Part shown: positions 16,116 to 26,762 of the stretch, in pieces
How the letters are laid out: each line of letters begins with the position of its first letter
Position numbering within the stretch: the first letter of the stretch is position 1
From: an uncultured virus (IMG/VR IMGVR_UViG_3300022602_000035)
Taxonomy: Duplodnaviria; Heunggongvirae; Uroviricota; Caudoviricetes
Virus record (IMG/VR): IMGVR_UViG_3300022602_000035
Reading direction: 5' to 3' (one strand)
Length of the DNA: 64,000 nt
Program-made: the position numbers and the translations under genes
The notes under the pieces: generated by a model
What the model was told of the DNA's origin: nothing
Databases searched by the model: none
The model's input: only the letters and a program-made list of their open reading frames with translations

Positions 16116-16700
16116 ATGAGTAAATTTTTAGTAGCTTTATTATTAACAGTAGCATCAGTATCAGCTTTCGCTGACGGAGCATATAACTATGCTTCACCAT
16201 CAATTGACTTCAAAGACAAAGTTAATTCAACAAACAATCATACAGTTTATGGCATTACATTAGGCCGTGACTTTGGTAATGGTTTGAAAGTTGAAGGTCG
16301 TATGGAAGATGAAACTGTTAACGGTGGCGCACATGAAGGTCTAGTACAGATCGGCGCAGTTAAAGAAGTTGGTACATGGTATGGTGTTACTCCATACGCA
16401 GGTCTAGCAGTTGGTGAGAAAGATAAATCAACTACAAACTTTATCTACTACCGTGCTGATGTAGGCGCAAAATACACAGTTATGCCTGGCTTAACTGCGT
16501 TTGTTCAAGAACGTCTACGTACACCATTCAATGAAAACCTAGATGGCCATACAGGTTATGGTTACAAAACTTGGGAAACTTCAATTGGTGCGAAATATGC
16601 AATTACTCCAGAACATGCTGTAGGTATTAAGTATGCTATGGAACGTGGTGATAGCACATACGACACAGTTGGTGTTAACTACACATACTCATTCAAATAA
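16116..16700 (+). CDS. Outer-membrane beta-barrel (porin-like) protein
   Basis: Signal peptide, TPYAGLAVG, terminal VNYTYSF; own promoter (16044-16072), SD and terminator. Confidence 0.75.
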   Translation: MSKFLVALLLTVASVSAFADGAYNYASPSIDFKDKVNSTNNHTVYGITLGRDFGNGLKVEGRMEDETVNGGAHEGLVQIGAVKEVGTWYGVTPYAGLAVGEKDKSTTNFIYYRADVGAKYTVMPGLTAFVQERLRTPFNENLDGHTGYGYKTWETSIGAKYAITPEHAVGIKYAMERGDSTYDTVGVNYTYSFK

Positions 16701-16715
16701 TATTTGAATTTGTTC

Positions 16716-16742
16716 AAAAAGCTCACTTCGGTGGGCTTTTTT
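16716..16742 (+). terminator. Intrinsic terminator
   Basis: GCTCAC-TTCG-GTGGGC-TTTTTT. Confidence 0.85.
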
Positions 16743-16779
16743 ATTGACCTAATAATCTAAAAACATATATACTATTAAG

Positions 16780-17862
16780 ATGATTCTATTATTCAATGTA
16801 AAAATAACCAGTCACGGGCTAAGTCACTATCAACGCAGTGAATGGTTGCCTAAATATAGTCGTATGGATATATTCAAATACTGTCTAGCAAGTTACACAG
16901 CAATGTTACCTGTGTTGTCTAAGTGTATTTTTTATATTCAAATCGAACCCGAATTTGCTCATAGACAAGCAGAGCTAGAAGCATACATTAAAGAATTATA
17001 TCCAGCAGATCGTCTAGAACTGCATTGGCATCGCATTAATCATACTAGAGATTGGCGAGTACTATGCGAACAGTTTACAGACGACAATGAGTTAATATTC
17101 TTTGCCGGCAATGATGACCATATTTTTATGGATAGTAGTCTAGACATGCTGAAATCTGGAATTAAAAATCTGCAAGACGATCCTAATCCCTACAGTGTAA
17201 TTTACTATAGCCATTGGCCAGAACAGATGCGTATGAGCATGCACTACAACGGAGAGTTAACAGCTGACGGTAATTATATCAAATATACTTGGCGTACATT
17301 TGATGCTATACGTATCTTAAAGGCCGCACGATTTAAGAAGTATTGGCAAGATAATGAATTAGGTAATGAAGTAGTATTCCGCACTGATACATTATTCCAT
17401 ATTGGCTATGAACTAACGGCTCCTGTGTATGCCCCGTTACGTGAAATGGTTCGCCACTATGATGGATATAGTCATGTGAGCCCAGAACTTGTTAACATTG
17501 TTCCACCGTTGGTAATACCCGAAGGATTCTTCGGTACAGGTATGGAAATACGTATCGGATATTCTAATAGAGACAATACCTGGACTAACTTTAATCCTCA
17601 AGCTGAATTTTTATATTCAGCTAATCCGGGAGGTACAGACTATCGCTGGGGTCAGGAAGATATTCCTTTATTCTGGCAGGATAAGATTGTTTACATTGAT
17701 GTTAATAAAGATGTAGATCCGGACGTATTAAACCGCTCACGTGACACAGCCTATATAAACAGTACACGTGTTCCAATGAACTGTTATAATATAAACTTTG
17801 GCCACACTAATACTATACCAGACGCATGGTTATCTAAGCACCTTAGGTATAAGTGTGGATAA
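16780..17862 (+). CDS. Hypothetical protein, possibly glycosyltransferase-related
   Basis: 360-aa ORF with GNDDH motif; first gene of kinase/NTase operon. Confidence 0.6.
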   Translation: MILLFNVKITSHGLSHYQRSEWLPKYSRMDIFKYCLASYTAMLPVLSKCIFYIQIEPEFAHRQAELEAYIKELYPADRLELHWHRINHTRDWRVLCEQFTDDNELIFFAGNDDHIFMDSSLDMLKSGIKNLQDDPNPYSVIYYSHWPEQMRMSMHYNGELTADGNYIKYTWRTFDAIRILKAARFKKYWQDNELGNEVVFRTDTLFHIGYELTAPVYAPLREMVRHYDGYSHVSPELVNIVPPLVIPEGFFGTGMEIRIGYSNRDNTWTNFNPQAEFLYSANPGGTDYRWGQEDIPLFWQDKIVYIDVNKDVDPDVLNRSRDTAYINSTRVPMNCYNINFGHTNTIPDAWLSKHLRYKCG

Positions 17863-18604
17863 GATAGTACAGACATTTAAGGGCTTCTCAGGAAATCAGG
17901 TATATCTAATGGAAGGCTCTCGCGGCTTATTTGTTAGAAAGATTGGCAATATCTCACGCAATGTAGAAAGACTGACAGCATTAAACAATTTAGATTTTCC
18001 AGTACCAGAAATATATAACCATACTAACAATACATTAGATATGGAATATATACACGGATTAGATATTAAAACATATCTTAAGTTGAACCATCCAGAGAAG
18101 TTAACACAGTTCTTGATAGATACCATGCGTAATGTTAATCATAGCGGCGGATTGTTAAAAGACTACACAGATGTTTACTTTAATAAACTAGATGAAATTG
18201 ATTTTGCTTATTTGCCATTTACATCTAGAGAACTAATAGATAGGCTTGATCCAATCTGGGGACAAAACTACAGTTACATAGGAGATTTTACTTTAGAAAA
18301 CATTGTATACTCTGAAGAAAGTGGTTTTATCTTAATCGATTGTGCTACAGTTGAATATGATAGTTGGGTATTTGATATTGCTAAACTTAGACAAGATCTA
18401 GAACTTAAATGGTTCTTACGTGATGACGATGCTATGTTAGATGTTAAGATTAACTACATTAACCAAAGATTAAAACTAGAGTTTCCTAGTGCATACAATG
18501 ATGATATGTTAATCTTACAACTACTACGTGTATACCGTCATGCCGCTGTAGGATCGCCAGAACACAATTTTATATTAGAAGGAATTAACCGATTATGGAA
18601 ATAA
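17855..18604 (+). CDS. APH/choline-kinase-like phosphotransferase
   Basis: GFSG loop, MEYIHG, GDFTLENI, LID, DIAKLRQD. Confidence 0.7.
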   Translation: MDKIVQTFKGFSGNQVYLMEGSRGLFVRKIGNISRNVERLTALNNLDFPVPEIYNHTNNTLDMEYIHGLDIKTYLKLNHPEKLTQFLIDTMRNVNHSGGLLKDYTDVYFNKLDEIDFAYLPFTSRELIDRLDPIWGQNYSYIGDFTLENIVYSEESGFILIDCATVEYDSWVFDIAKLRQDLELKWFLRDDDAMLDVKINYINQRLKLEFPSAYNDDMLILQLLRVYRHAAVGSPEHNFILEGINRLWK

Positions 18605-19617
18605 TTGTACCAGCCGCAGGATTATCAACACGCTTTCCGGGTATGCGTCCTAAGTATAGTCTAGCAGACTTTACAGGCAACATGATGTTTGAACGTGCTA
18701 TTGCTCCTTATGTAGGTCAGCATCATATTACCATGGGATTGATTGCTGAAAATGAAAAACGTTATAAGATTGTAGATTATATACAGGACAAGTATCCTGA
18801 TCAAATCACTGTGGTTGTCTTGCCCAACCGTACATCAGGTCCAGCTGATACTGTATATCAAATACTCAAAGCCGCAGCAATTGCACCTAGCGAAGAGATC
18901 TTTATCAAAGACTGCGATAGTTTCTTTGAACATGAATATATGGATGGTAACTATGTCTGTGTAAGCAGTATCAAAGATCATGAGGTACTTAAGAAGTTAG
19001 GCAGTAAGAGTTTTATTGTTAGTAATGATCAAGGCATTATTACTAACATTATTGAAAAACAAGTAGTCAGTGACAAGTTCTGTGTAGGTGGATATAAATT
19101 CAGCAGTGCTGGTATGTACATCGAAGCCTATGATAAATTGAATGCCGCACATGTTAAGGAAATCTTTGTAAGTCATATTATAGAACAGTGCTTAAATGAT
19201 CATCAGATTTTTAAAGAATCACGTGTTACTGACTATGATGATGTAGGCACAGCAGAAGATTGGTTCGAATACAATGATCGTGCTGTGGTGTTCTGTGACA
19301 TTGACGGTACCATCATCCAAGCACAGAATCGTATGAAGGATGATCCTGTAACTCCATTACCTAAGAACATTGCTCGTGTTAAGGAATTGATTGCTAATGG
19401 TGGGCAGATAATCTTTACTACCGCACGTCCAGAAGAGCGTAGAGAGAAAGACATTGAAATGCTAAAGAGTCTAGGCTTTGACAATTTTCAATTGGTTAGT
19501 GGATTGAAGAACACTAAACGTATTCTTATCAACGACTACAACGAAGCCAATCCCTATCCACGTGCTATTGCAGTAAACATAAAGCGTGACAGTGATAATT
19601 TGTCAGATTTCATTTGA
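18595..19617 (+). CDS. Sugar-nucleotidyltransferase-like domain fused to HAD phosphatase
   Basis: IVPAAGLSTRF...PK N-terminus; CDIDGT, FTTAR, LIND C-terminus. Confidence 0.8.
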   Translation: MEIIVPAAGLSTRFPGMRPKYSLADFTGNMMFERAIAPYVGQHHITMGLIAENEKRYKIVDYIQDKYPDQITVVVLPNRTSGPADTVYQILKAAAIAPSEEIFIKDCDSFFEHEYMDGNYVCVSSIKDHEVLKKLGSKSFIVSNDQGIITNIIEKQVVSDKFCVGGYKFSSAGMYIEAYDKLNAAHVKEIFVSHIIEQCLNDHQIFKESRVTDYDDVGTAEDWFEYNDRAVVFCDIDGTIIQAQNRMKDDPVTPLPKNIARVKELIANGGQIIFTTARPEERREKDIEMLKSLGFDNFQLVSGLKNTKRILINDYNEANPYPRAIAVNIKRDSDNLSDFI

Positions 19618-19648
19618 CCTACAGACAAATATAAAGTATACTAATTAT

Positions 19649-19888
19649 ATGAAATATACACAAGAACAAATTATCGAATTGGCTAAAGAAGTAGAGCTTA
19701 GTGATATGATTGACTGGGAAGGTCTGCCCTTAGAAAAGGATAGGATTTATCAGTTAGTCGGTAGCCAAGCATATGAATTATATCAACAGTTTATGCAGAG
19801 TGAAGATGGCGAAGCAATATTGTTAGCCACAGTGACTAAACTGTTAGTAGAGAATTTTGTACTAAATCTAAGAGTAAATTCAATTTAA
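19649..19888 (+). CDS. Hypothetical protein
   Basis: ATG 6 nt after -10 box. Confidence 0.65.
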   Translation: MKYTQEQIIELAKEVELSDMIDWEGLPLEKDRIYQLVGSQAYELYQQFMQSEDGEAILLATVTKLLVENFVLNLRVNSI

Positions 19889-19898
19889 GGAGAGTAGC

Positions 19899-20105
19899 AT
19901 GGCAAAAACAAACGCAACATTTAAGTTTGGCAAGATGAATAAAATTAAACTAGGCACTATTCAGGATCCAGTTGAACGTAGCATTTTTAAGAAATGCATG
20001 ATCGATGCGCAGGCTACTTATGTAGCAAACAAATCACGTAAGTTCAGTGACCCAGCAACAGCACAAAAGAATAAAGAAACACAGAATAGATCAGTACCAA
20101 CCTAA
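19899..20105 (+). CDS. Small basic hypothetical protein
   Basis: AAGGAG SD. Confidence 0.65.
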   Translation: MAKTNATFKFGKMNKIKLGTIQDPVERSIFKKCMIDAQATYVANKSRKFSDPATAQKNKETQNRSVPT

Positions 20106-20107
20106 TA

Positions 20108-20782
20108 ATGAAAGTCTACTCAATATTAGTGCATCCTAATCAGGTTAGTTTAAACAGCCAGATGTTTGATATGGCTAATAGTTATTTTAAGAAACAGGGT
20201 CATACAGTAAAAACTATTAATCTATATCAAGATGCAACTGATATTAAGTATTCATCATCCGAACTGTATCAGAATACTGCTTCATCAGATGAAAAAGGCC
20301 TTATGAGTGATTATAATTATAATTACGCAGTGGCTAAATTTAAAAAATTAACCAGTAATTTTGTCAATGACGAGATAGCTAATTTAAAGCAAGCAGACAT
20401 AGTCTATATTCAATCGCCTATATTAGTATGGTCGTTGCCTGCGATGCTTAAATTGTATATCGAAAACGTATTCATTGCCAACGAAATGTTTGTTATTAAA
20501 AACCCGTGGGCAGATACAGATTTCGAAATCGAAAAGTTAATGAAAGATAAACGAGTAATATTTTCATTAACAGCAGGCAGTAGTCAATCGCTGACTAACT
20601 ACGTAATAGGCAGTACTGATCTATTACTGCATCCAATTAAATCAATGTTTGAATTTGTAGGATTTGAATGGGTCGCTCCGCATATAACTTGGGGCACTAC
20701 TAGAACACACACAAAGCAAGATCAGTACTTAGAAGACTTTCAATTATATTTGAAAAATTTAAAGGATAACCATGGATTATAA
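20108..20782 (+). CDS. NAD(P)H-dependent oxidoreductase, flavodoxin-like fold
   Basis: [32 protein letters not shown]. Confidence 0.75.
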   Translation: MKVYSILVHPNQVSLNSQMFDMANSYFKKQGHTVKTINLYQDATDIKYSSSELYQNTASSDEKGLMSDYNYNYAVAKFKKLTSNFVNDEIANLKQADIVYIQSPILVWSLPAMLKLYIENVFIANEMFVIKNPWADTDFEIEKLMKDKRVIFSLTAGSSQSLTNYVIGSTDLLLHPIKSMFEFVGFEWVAPHITWGTTRTHTKQDQYLEDFQLYLKNLKDNHGL

Positions 20783-22058
20783 AGTAGCAGATATTAACTT
20801 GGCTGAATGGGGCCATAAAGAAATAGCAATTGCGGAAACAGAAATGCCAGGGCTAATGGCTATCCGTGAAGAACTACAGGCAAGTCAACCACTAAAAGGC
20901 GCACGTATCACAGGGTCATTACATATGACTATTCAAACTGCGGTATTAGTACAAACTCTTGTAGCTCTAGGTGCAGAAGTACGTTGGGCCAGCTGTAACA
21001 TCTTTAGTACACAAGACCATGCCGCGGCCGCCTTAGCTGATCAAGGTATTCCTGTGTTTGCTTGGAAAGGTGAAACAGAAGATGAATACTGGTGGTGCTT
21101 AGAACAAACAGTTACGGGTCCAGATGGTTGGGTTCCTAACATGCTATTAGATGATGGACACGACCTAACTTGGTATATTCATGTTAACTATCCAGAACTG
21201 CTAGAAGGTATCTACGGTGTTACTGAAGAAACAACTACAGGTATTCACAAAATTAACGAAGCTATTGCCAACGGCAGTTTCAAACTACGTGCTATTAACG
21301 TTAATGACAGTGTAACTAAGAGCAAGTTTGATAACTTGTATGGTTGTCGTGAAAGTCTAGTAGACTCAATCAAACGTGCCACTGATGTTATGATCGCTGG
21401 TAAAACAGCGGTAGTAGCAGGTTACGGTGATGTAGGTAAAGGTAGTGCCGCAAGTCTTAAAGCACTTGGTGCTCAGGTTTGGGTAACTGAGATTGATCCA
21501 ATCTGTGCCTTACAAGCCGCAATGGAAGGCTACAAGGTAGTTACTATGGACTATGCCGCAGACAAAGCAGATATCTTTGTAACAGCCACAGGCAATGTAG
21601 ATATCATTACACATGATCACATGTTGGCTATGAAGAACAATGCTATTGTATGTAACATCGGTCACTTTGACAGCGAAATCCAAATTGCCAGCTTGGCTAA
21701 CTATGAGTGGGATGAAATCAAACCACAGGTAGATCATGTTACTATGCCTAGCGGTCGTAAGATTATTGTTCTAGCTAAAGGTCGATTGGTAAACTTGGGC
21801 TGTGCTACAGGACATCCTAGTTTTGTTATGTCAAATAGCTTTACTAACCAAGTAATGGCACAGGTTGAAATGTACACAAACTATGCTAACTATGAAGTTG
21901 GTAAAATGTACTTGTTACCTAAACATCTAGATGAAAAGGTAGCTAAACTACATCTAGCTCAGATCGGCGCTGAATTAACAGAGCTAACATCTAAGCAAGC
22001 AGACTATATTGGTGTAACTGTAGAAGGTCCATACAAACCTGAAACATATCGCTATTAA
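20772..22058 (+). CDS. ahcY: Adenosylhomocysteinase
   Basis: [54 protein letters not shown]. Confidence 0.97.
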   Translation: MDYKVADINLAEWGHKEIAIAETEMPGLMAIREELQASQPLKGARITGSLHMTIQTAVLVQTLVALGAEVRWASCNIFSTQDHAAAALADQGIPVFAWKGETEDEYWWCLEQTVTGPDGWVPNMLLDDGHDLTWYIHVNYPELLEGIYGVTEETTTGIHKINEAIANGSFKLRAINVNDSVTKSKFDNLYGCRESLVDSIKRATDVMIAGKTAVVAGYGDVGKGSAASLKALGAQVWVTEIDPICALQAAMEGYKVVTMDYAADKADIFVTATGNVDIITHDHMLAMKNNAIVCNIGHFDSEIQIASLANYEWDEIKPQVDHVTMPSGRKIIVLAKGRLVNLGCATGHPSFVMSNSFTNQVMAQVEMYTNYANYEVGKMYLLPKHLDEKVAKLHLAQIGAELTELTSKQADYIGVTVEGPYKPETYRY

Positions 22059-22076
22059 TTTAGTCAAAAAGTAAAG

Positions 22077-22102
22077 AAAAAGGCATCGTTTGGTGCCTTT
22101 TT
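22077..22102 (+). terminator. Intrinsic terminator
   Basis: AGGCATC-GTTT-GGTGCCT plus T-tract. Confidence 0.8.
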
Positions 22103-22171
22103 TATTGACTATTGCAACTAATGGTGTTATTATTATACAGTAAGAACCTATAATCAATTAAGGAATTAAAA

Positions 22172-22327
22172 ATGTTTGAATCAATTGAAATTCGCAAAGT
22201 AGCAAACGGTTTTATTGTTATCTTAAACACAGAAGACGAAGCACGTGAGTATGTATTTGATACGAGCCGCAAAGCAATTAAATTTATTAAAGAATACGTA
22301 GAAGCAAAAGTAACACAAACTGTCTAA
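22172..22327 (+). CDS. Hypothetical protein (51 aa)
   Basis: AAGGA SD; IEIRKVANGFIV. Confidence 0.65.
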   Translation: MFESIEIRKVANGFIVILNTEDEAREYVFDTSRKAIKFIKEYVEAKVTQTV

Positions 22328-22339
22328 ATAAATAGCTGT

Positions 22340-23434
22340 ATGAAAACATCAAAAATACCAGGACTAGGCAGATTTGGAATCTATATCGATGACGTAGATT
22401 TTAATACAATTACTGATGATGAATGGATGGCCATTGGTCGTCTGCACTTACAAAACTTAGTTACAGTTATTCGTAACACTAACCTAACTAAAGATCAACA
22501 GATTGATTTTACTCATCGATTAGGTGACAGTAGATTTGGCGCAAAGAATTACTTTGTAAACAAATATAGCATGTCCTGGGATTATATCATGACTTTGACT
22601 CTGATCGAATCGGATGAGATAACTCCAGAAGATCGCAAGATTGTTAAAGGATGTATGAGTACGCTGGAAAAAGCCCGCGGCGGCCATGTAGGTCGTGTAT
22701 CAGGCGGATATGATGCAGAAGGTAATCCCAAAGGATTCTTTGCTGAAGGCGAATTAGATTGGCACAGCAACGAATCGGGTACACTGACATTCAGTCCAGG
22801 TGTTGCCCTATTAGCAGTTAAAAATGTAGTAGGTAGTGCTACCAGTTTCCTTACCACTACTGATTACTATGAGTCAGTAAATGATAGTTTCCGCCGTGAA
22901 TTGGATGAAATGATTCTAATACACAAATTTACTCCCGGCAAAATCAATCCAGGATTAAATGCTGAACAAGATCGCCTAATGCAGTACAACATGTGCCCTG
23001 TAGACGGTAGAGAAATCCCAATGGTAATTACCAGTCCGGGAGGCATCAAAGGTCTACATTACAGTGTTAATACTGTTTGGGGTATTAAGGGTCTATCTAA
23101 AGCAGAAAGTGACAAGGTATTTGCACGCATCAATAAAGAATTGTTTGTAGAAAAATATATGTATGACCATTGGTATAAAAATACCGGCGATTTTTTGTTG
23201 TTTGACAACAGTATTACCTTACATAAACGTCTAGGCAATATTAAAGATCGCTTATGCTATAGACTACAACACGACTATACTAATTTACAGGATGGCCCGT
23301 GGCTACCGTACAGTCAACCTGATATTGCTCGAGACTATAGAAAAGAAATACGTAACTTTGTTAAGTCAACAGGTATTAAGAACTTTAAATTACCTCCAAG
23401 AAAGTTAGTTGATTTTATACCATTTATAAAATGA
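22340..23434 (+). CDS. TauD/TfdA-family dioxygenase-like protein
   Basis: GELDWHSN, HWYKNTGDFLLFDNSITLHKR. Confidence 0.8.
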   Translation: MKTSKIPGLGRFGIYIDDVDFNTITDDEWMAIGRLHLQNLVTVIRNTNLTKDQQIDFTHRLGDSRFGAKNYFVNKYSMSWDYIMTLTLIESDEITPEDRKIVKGCMSTLEKARGGHVGRVSGGYDAEGNPKGFFAEGELDWHSNESGTLTFSPGVALLAVKNVVGSATSFLTTTDYYESVNDSFRRELDEMILIHKFTPGKINPGLNAEQDRLMQYNMCPVDGREIPMVITSPGGIKGLHYSVNTVWGIKGLSKAESDKVFARINKELFVEKYMYDHWYKNTGDFLLFDNSITLHKRLGNIKDRLCYRLQHDYTNLQDGPWLPYSQPDIARDYRKEIRNFVKSTGIKNFKLPPRKLVDFIPFIK

Positions 23435-24273
23435 ATCTACGACTAATTAGTATTAGTATATTAGTTAGTATTGCCTGGGCTGTCGGTGCTTGGGAGTTAT
23501 GGGATACATTTGCACACTTTAACAGTCAATGGTATTGGTTTGTATTAGCAACTGTATATACCCTAACACTCAATGAAGCATTTGCTCATCGAATCTGCAC
23601 ACATAACCTATTTAAAGTTGATGTAGAATCTAAAACCTACAAGATATTAGTATTCTTATTATCTGTCGATCATGCGTGGAGCCCCTTAACTGATGCATGT
23701 ATAACACACTTAAATCATCATATGTACAGTGATCAAGGGGATAGAGATAACCTAAACTATCGTAGACATTGGTATAGCTTCTGTATGCTATCACCTATTA
23801 TGTATCTATACCAACTGCCAACTAATTATCCTGATGCGGATAAGTTTTTTAAACGACAAGAACAACAGTTTAAACATATCTTAGATGATGATTGGACATT
23901 CTTCTGTGAAGAGTTTCGTGTACCATTGACTGTGCTATTTTGGGCCGTACTGTACTTTGTTCTACCGATAGTCTTATTTAAAATTGTGCTTATGGGCAGA
24001 TTCTTAATGAGCATATATATGGCCATAGCCAGTATTGGTACACATGTCAACTTACCATTTAGTTATAGAAACTACAATACCAACGACACTACACAGAACA
24101 ATCTAATCTTACACACAGTATGCCTAGGTTGCCTGTCATCGATGTTGCATAATAATCATCATGCTAATCCCAGTAAGATATGGCAAAATCTTCGTTGGTA
24201 CGAATATGATCTGGGCTATTGGATAATAAAGTTATTAAGACCTGGGTTAGAAAAAGTTGACACATCAAGATAA
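23431..24273 (+). CDS. Fatty acid desaturase
   Basis: HRICTH, HLNHH, HNNHH boxes; WYEYDLG. Confidence 0.82.
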   Translation: MNLRLISISILVSIAWAVGAWELWDTFAHFNSQWYWFVLATVYTLTLNEAFAHRICTHNLFKVDVESKTYKILVFLLSVDHAWSPLTDACITHLNHHMYSDQGDRDNLNYRRHWYSFCMLSPIMYLYQLPTNYPDADKFFKRQEQQFKHILDDDWTFFCEEFRVPLTVLFWAVLYFVLPIVLFKIVLMGRFLMSIYMAIASIGTHVNLPFSYRNYNTNDTTQNNLILHTVCLGCLSSMLHNNHHANPSKIWQNLRWYEYDLGYWIIKLLRPGLEKVDTSR

Positions 24274-24340
24274 ATGTTATACAATTAACTGATTCATAAA
24301 TAAAAGCAAGCAGTAAATTCAAAGAAAAGTGGAGAAATCA

Positions 24341-25369
24341 ATGTCAAAGACAGTCCTAGTAACTGGCGGTGCCGGCTTTATTGCACACCACGTTATTGAA
24401 AACCTATTAAGAAATACAGATTGGAATATTGTAAGTTTAGATCGTCTAGACTTTAGCGGTAACTTAAATCGCTTGAGTGATATGATGGCAGACTTCGATG
24501 CTGATACACGTAAACGTGTTAAAGTAGTATTCCATGACCTACGTGCAGAATTAAATCCAATGGTGGCTCGTGACATTGGTGATGTGAACTATGTTCTACA
24601 TCTAGCGGCAGGATCACACGTTGATCGTTCAATTGAATTCCCAATGGAATTTGTTTGGGACAACGTTGTTGGTACAGGCCACATTTTAGAGTTTGCTCGC
24701 AAACTACCTAACTTGGAACGTTTCATTTACTTCTCAACAGATGAAGTATTTGGTCCAGCACCAGTTGGCGTTAACTATGGTGAGCGTGATCGTTATAACA
24801 GTTCAAATCCATATTCAGCTACCAAAGCTGGTGGTGAAGAATTAGCTGTAGCGTTTGAAAACACTTACAAAATGCCTATCTACATCACCCATACAATGAA
24901 CGTGTTTGGTCAACGTCAACACCCAGAGAAGTTTATTCCTATGTGTATTCGTAAGGTAAATGATGGCGACACTATTACTATCCACAGTGATGCTACACGC
25001 ACAGTACCGGGCAGTCGTTTTTATATCCATGCAGCAGACGTAGCAGATGCTATGTTCTTCTTGCTAGGACTAGATGACACTAAATTAGAACCAGACTATG
25101 GTGATGCTAAATGTCCTAAGTTTAACCTAGTGGGCAAACAAGAAATTAACAATTTGCAGTTAGCACAGATTATTGCAGATGCGCAAGGAAAAGAATTGAA
25201 GTACGAAATGGTTGACTTCCATAGCTCACGCCCAGGACATGACCTACGTTATGCTCTAAGCGGTGACTACATGCGCAGTTTAGGTTGGGAACCTAAGGTT
25301 AGCCTAACAGAACGTATTGGTGAAGTAGTAAATTGGACACTTGCAAATGAGAGATGGTTACGATGCTAA
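24341..25369 (+). CDS. rfbB: dTDP-glucose 4,6-dehydratase-like
   Basis: GGAGFIA, HLAAGSHVDRSI, STDEVFG, YSATK, RPGHDLRYAL. Confidence 0.85.
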   Translation: MSKTVLVTGGAGFIAHHVIENLLRNTDWNIVSLDRLDFSGNLNRLSDMMADFDADTRKRVKVVFHDLRAELNPMVARDIGDVNYVLHLAAGSHVDRSIEFPMEFVWDNVVGTGHILEFARKLPNLERFIYFSTDEVFGPAPVGVNYGERDRYNSSNPYSATKAGGEELAVAFENTYKMPIYITHTMNVFGQRQHPEKFIPMCIRKVNDGDTITIHSDATRTVPGSRFYIHAADVADAMFFLLGLDDTKLEPDYGDAKCPKFNLVGKQEINNLQLAQIIADAQGKELKYEMVDFHSSRPGHDLRYALSGDYMRSLGWEPKVSLTERIGEVVNWTLANERWLRC

Positions 25370-26025
25370 TTGATATTTTTAAAGATTTAGAGCGCCATTG
25401 CGGTAAATGGAGTCATTACTTCGACATCTATGAACAACACTTTGGCAAGTTTGTAGGTAAAAAGCCTGTGGTAGTTGAAGTAGGTATTTGCCGTGGTGGC
25501 TCAGCTGAGATGTGGCAAAAGTATTTTGGCAAAGGTGCTACTATTGTTGGGATCGATATCGATCCTAATGCGTTTAAGCCAGAGCACCAAACACCGGGCT
25601 GTATACAGGTTAATGGTAACCAAGCAGATCCCGCATTTTGGGATAGCTTTTTAGAAGAGTATCCTGAAATTGATGTATTCTTAGATGACGGTAGTCACAT
25701 TTGTTCACACCAAATTCTAACACTACAAAAAGTATGGCCGCATATTACCAATGGCGGTGTTTATATGTGCGAAGATACACATACTAACTATTGGCCAGAG
25801 TACGGCGGTGGATTAAAAACACCAAGTACTTTCTTGCAGTATGCCAAGATGGTATCGGATACTATGAATAGTAACTATTATAAAGGCTTGGATCAACATC
25901 CGGACAATATGATGTTTGCGGACTACTATAAAAATCTAGTAGGCATGCATTTTTACGACAGCGTAGTAGTAATGGACAAAAATGTCAAAGAACCAATCAC
26001 TAACCTATTGAGTACACCAGTATGA
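25363..26025 (+). CDS. Class I SAM-dependent methyltransferase
   Basis: KWSHYFDIY, EVGICRGGS, DDGSH, GGVYMCED. Confidence 0.85.
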   Translation: MLIDIFKDLERHCGKWSHYFDIYEQHFGKFVGKKPVVVEVGICRGGSAEMWQKYFGKGATIVGIDIDPNAFKPEHQTPGCIQVNGNQADPAFWDSFLEEYPEIDVFLDDGSHICSHQILTLQKVWPHITNGGVYMCEDTHTNYWPEYGGGLKTPSTFLQYAKMVSDTMNSNYYKGLDQHPDNMMFADYYKNLVGMHFYDSVVVMDKNVKEPITNLLSTPV

Positions 26026-26762
26026 GTAAAAACACAGTCCTATTAACTTCAGCATTGTATAGTAACTATGGTATCTATACACCGCAACAACGTATTGAAC
26101 AGACCTTAGAAACTGCTAAGAGTGCTAAGAAATATATTCCTGATGCAGTTATTATTCTGATTGACAACAGTAAAGTTGATGTACAATCTGATACCAGCCC
26201 AGAACTTGAAGAATTAATTGACCTAGTTGACTATTACATTGACAACAGCGATGATGCAGATATTCAACATTTTCATAATAACGTAACTAACTATGACATT
26301 GGTAAGAACGCTATGGAATGTTTGGGTATGGTTAAAGCATTGTCATATATTTCAACAGACACTGATATCATGGAAGATATTACAAGTTCTAGTCGCATTT
26401 TTAAACTAAGTGGTCGCTATGTTGTTACTGACAAGTTTGACATTACAGCATTTGACAATGCAGATACTAAAGGCAAGTACGTGTTTAAAAAAGCACAGCC
26501 TAGCTGGATTCCAAAAGAACATACAGGTGTTGAAACATTGTATCAAACACGCTTATGGTCATTTACTCCAGATCTGTTGATCAACACCATTGGTTTATTC
26601 CAAACAATTATTCAGAATATGTTTGATACGCTGAACAAACAACAATATATCGATGTTGAACATAGTATGAGCAAATTCTTACCTAAAGATAAGTTAGTTG
26701 AATTGGACGTTGTTGGCCTACAGGGCAACATTGCACCAAATGGCATGATGATTATTGACTAA
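26022..26762 (+). CDS. Hypothetical protein in glycan cluster
   Basis: RIFKLSGRY motif; operon context. Confidence 0.65.
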   Translation: MSKNTVLLTSALYSNYGIYTPQQRIEQTLETAKSAKKYIPDAVIILIDNSKVDVQSDTSPELEELIDLVDYYIDNSDDADIQHFHNNVTNYDIGKNAMECLGMVKALSYISTDTDIMEDITSSSRIFKLSGRYVVTDKFDITAFDNADTKGKYVFKKAQPSWIPKEHTGVETLYQTRLWSFTPDLLINTIGLFQTIIQNMFDTLNKQQYIDVEHSMSKFLPKDKLVELDVVGLQGNIAPNGMMIID

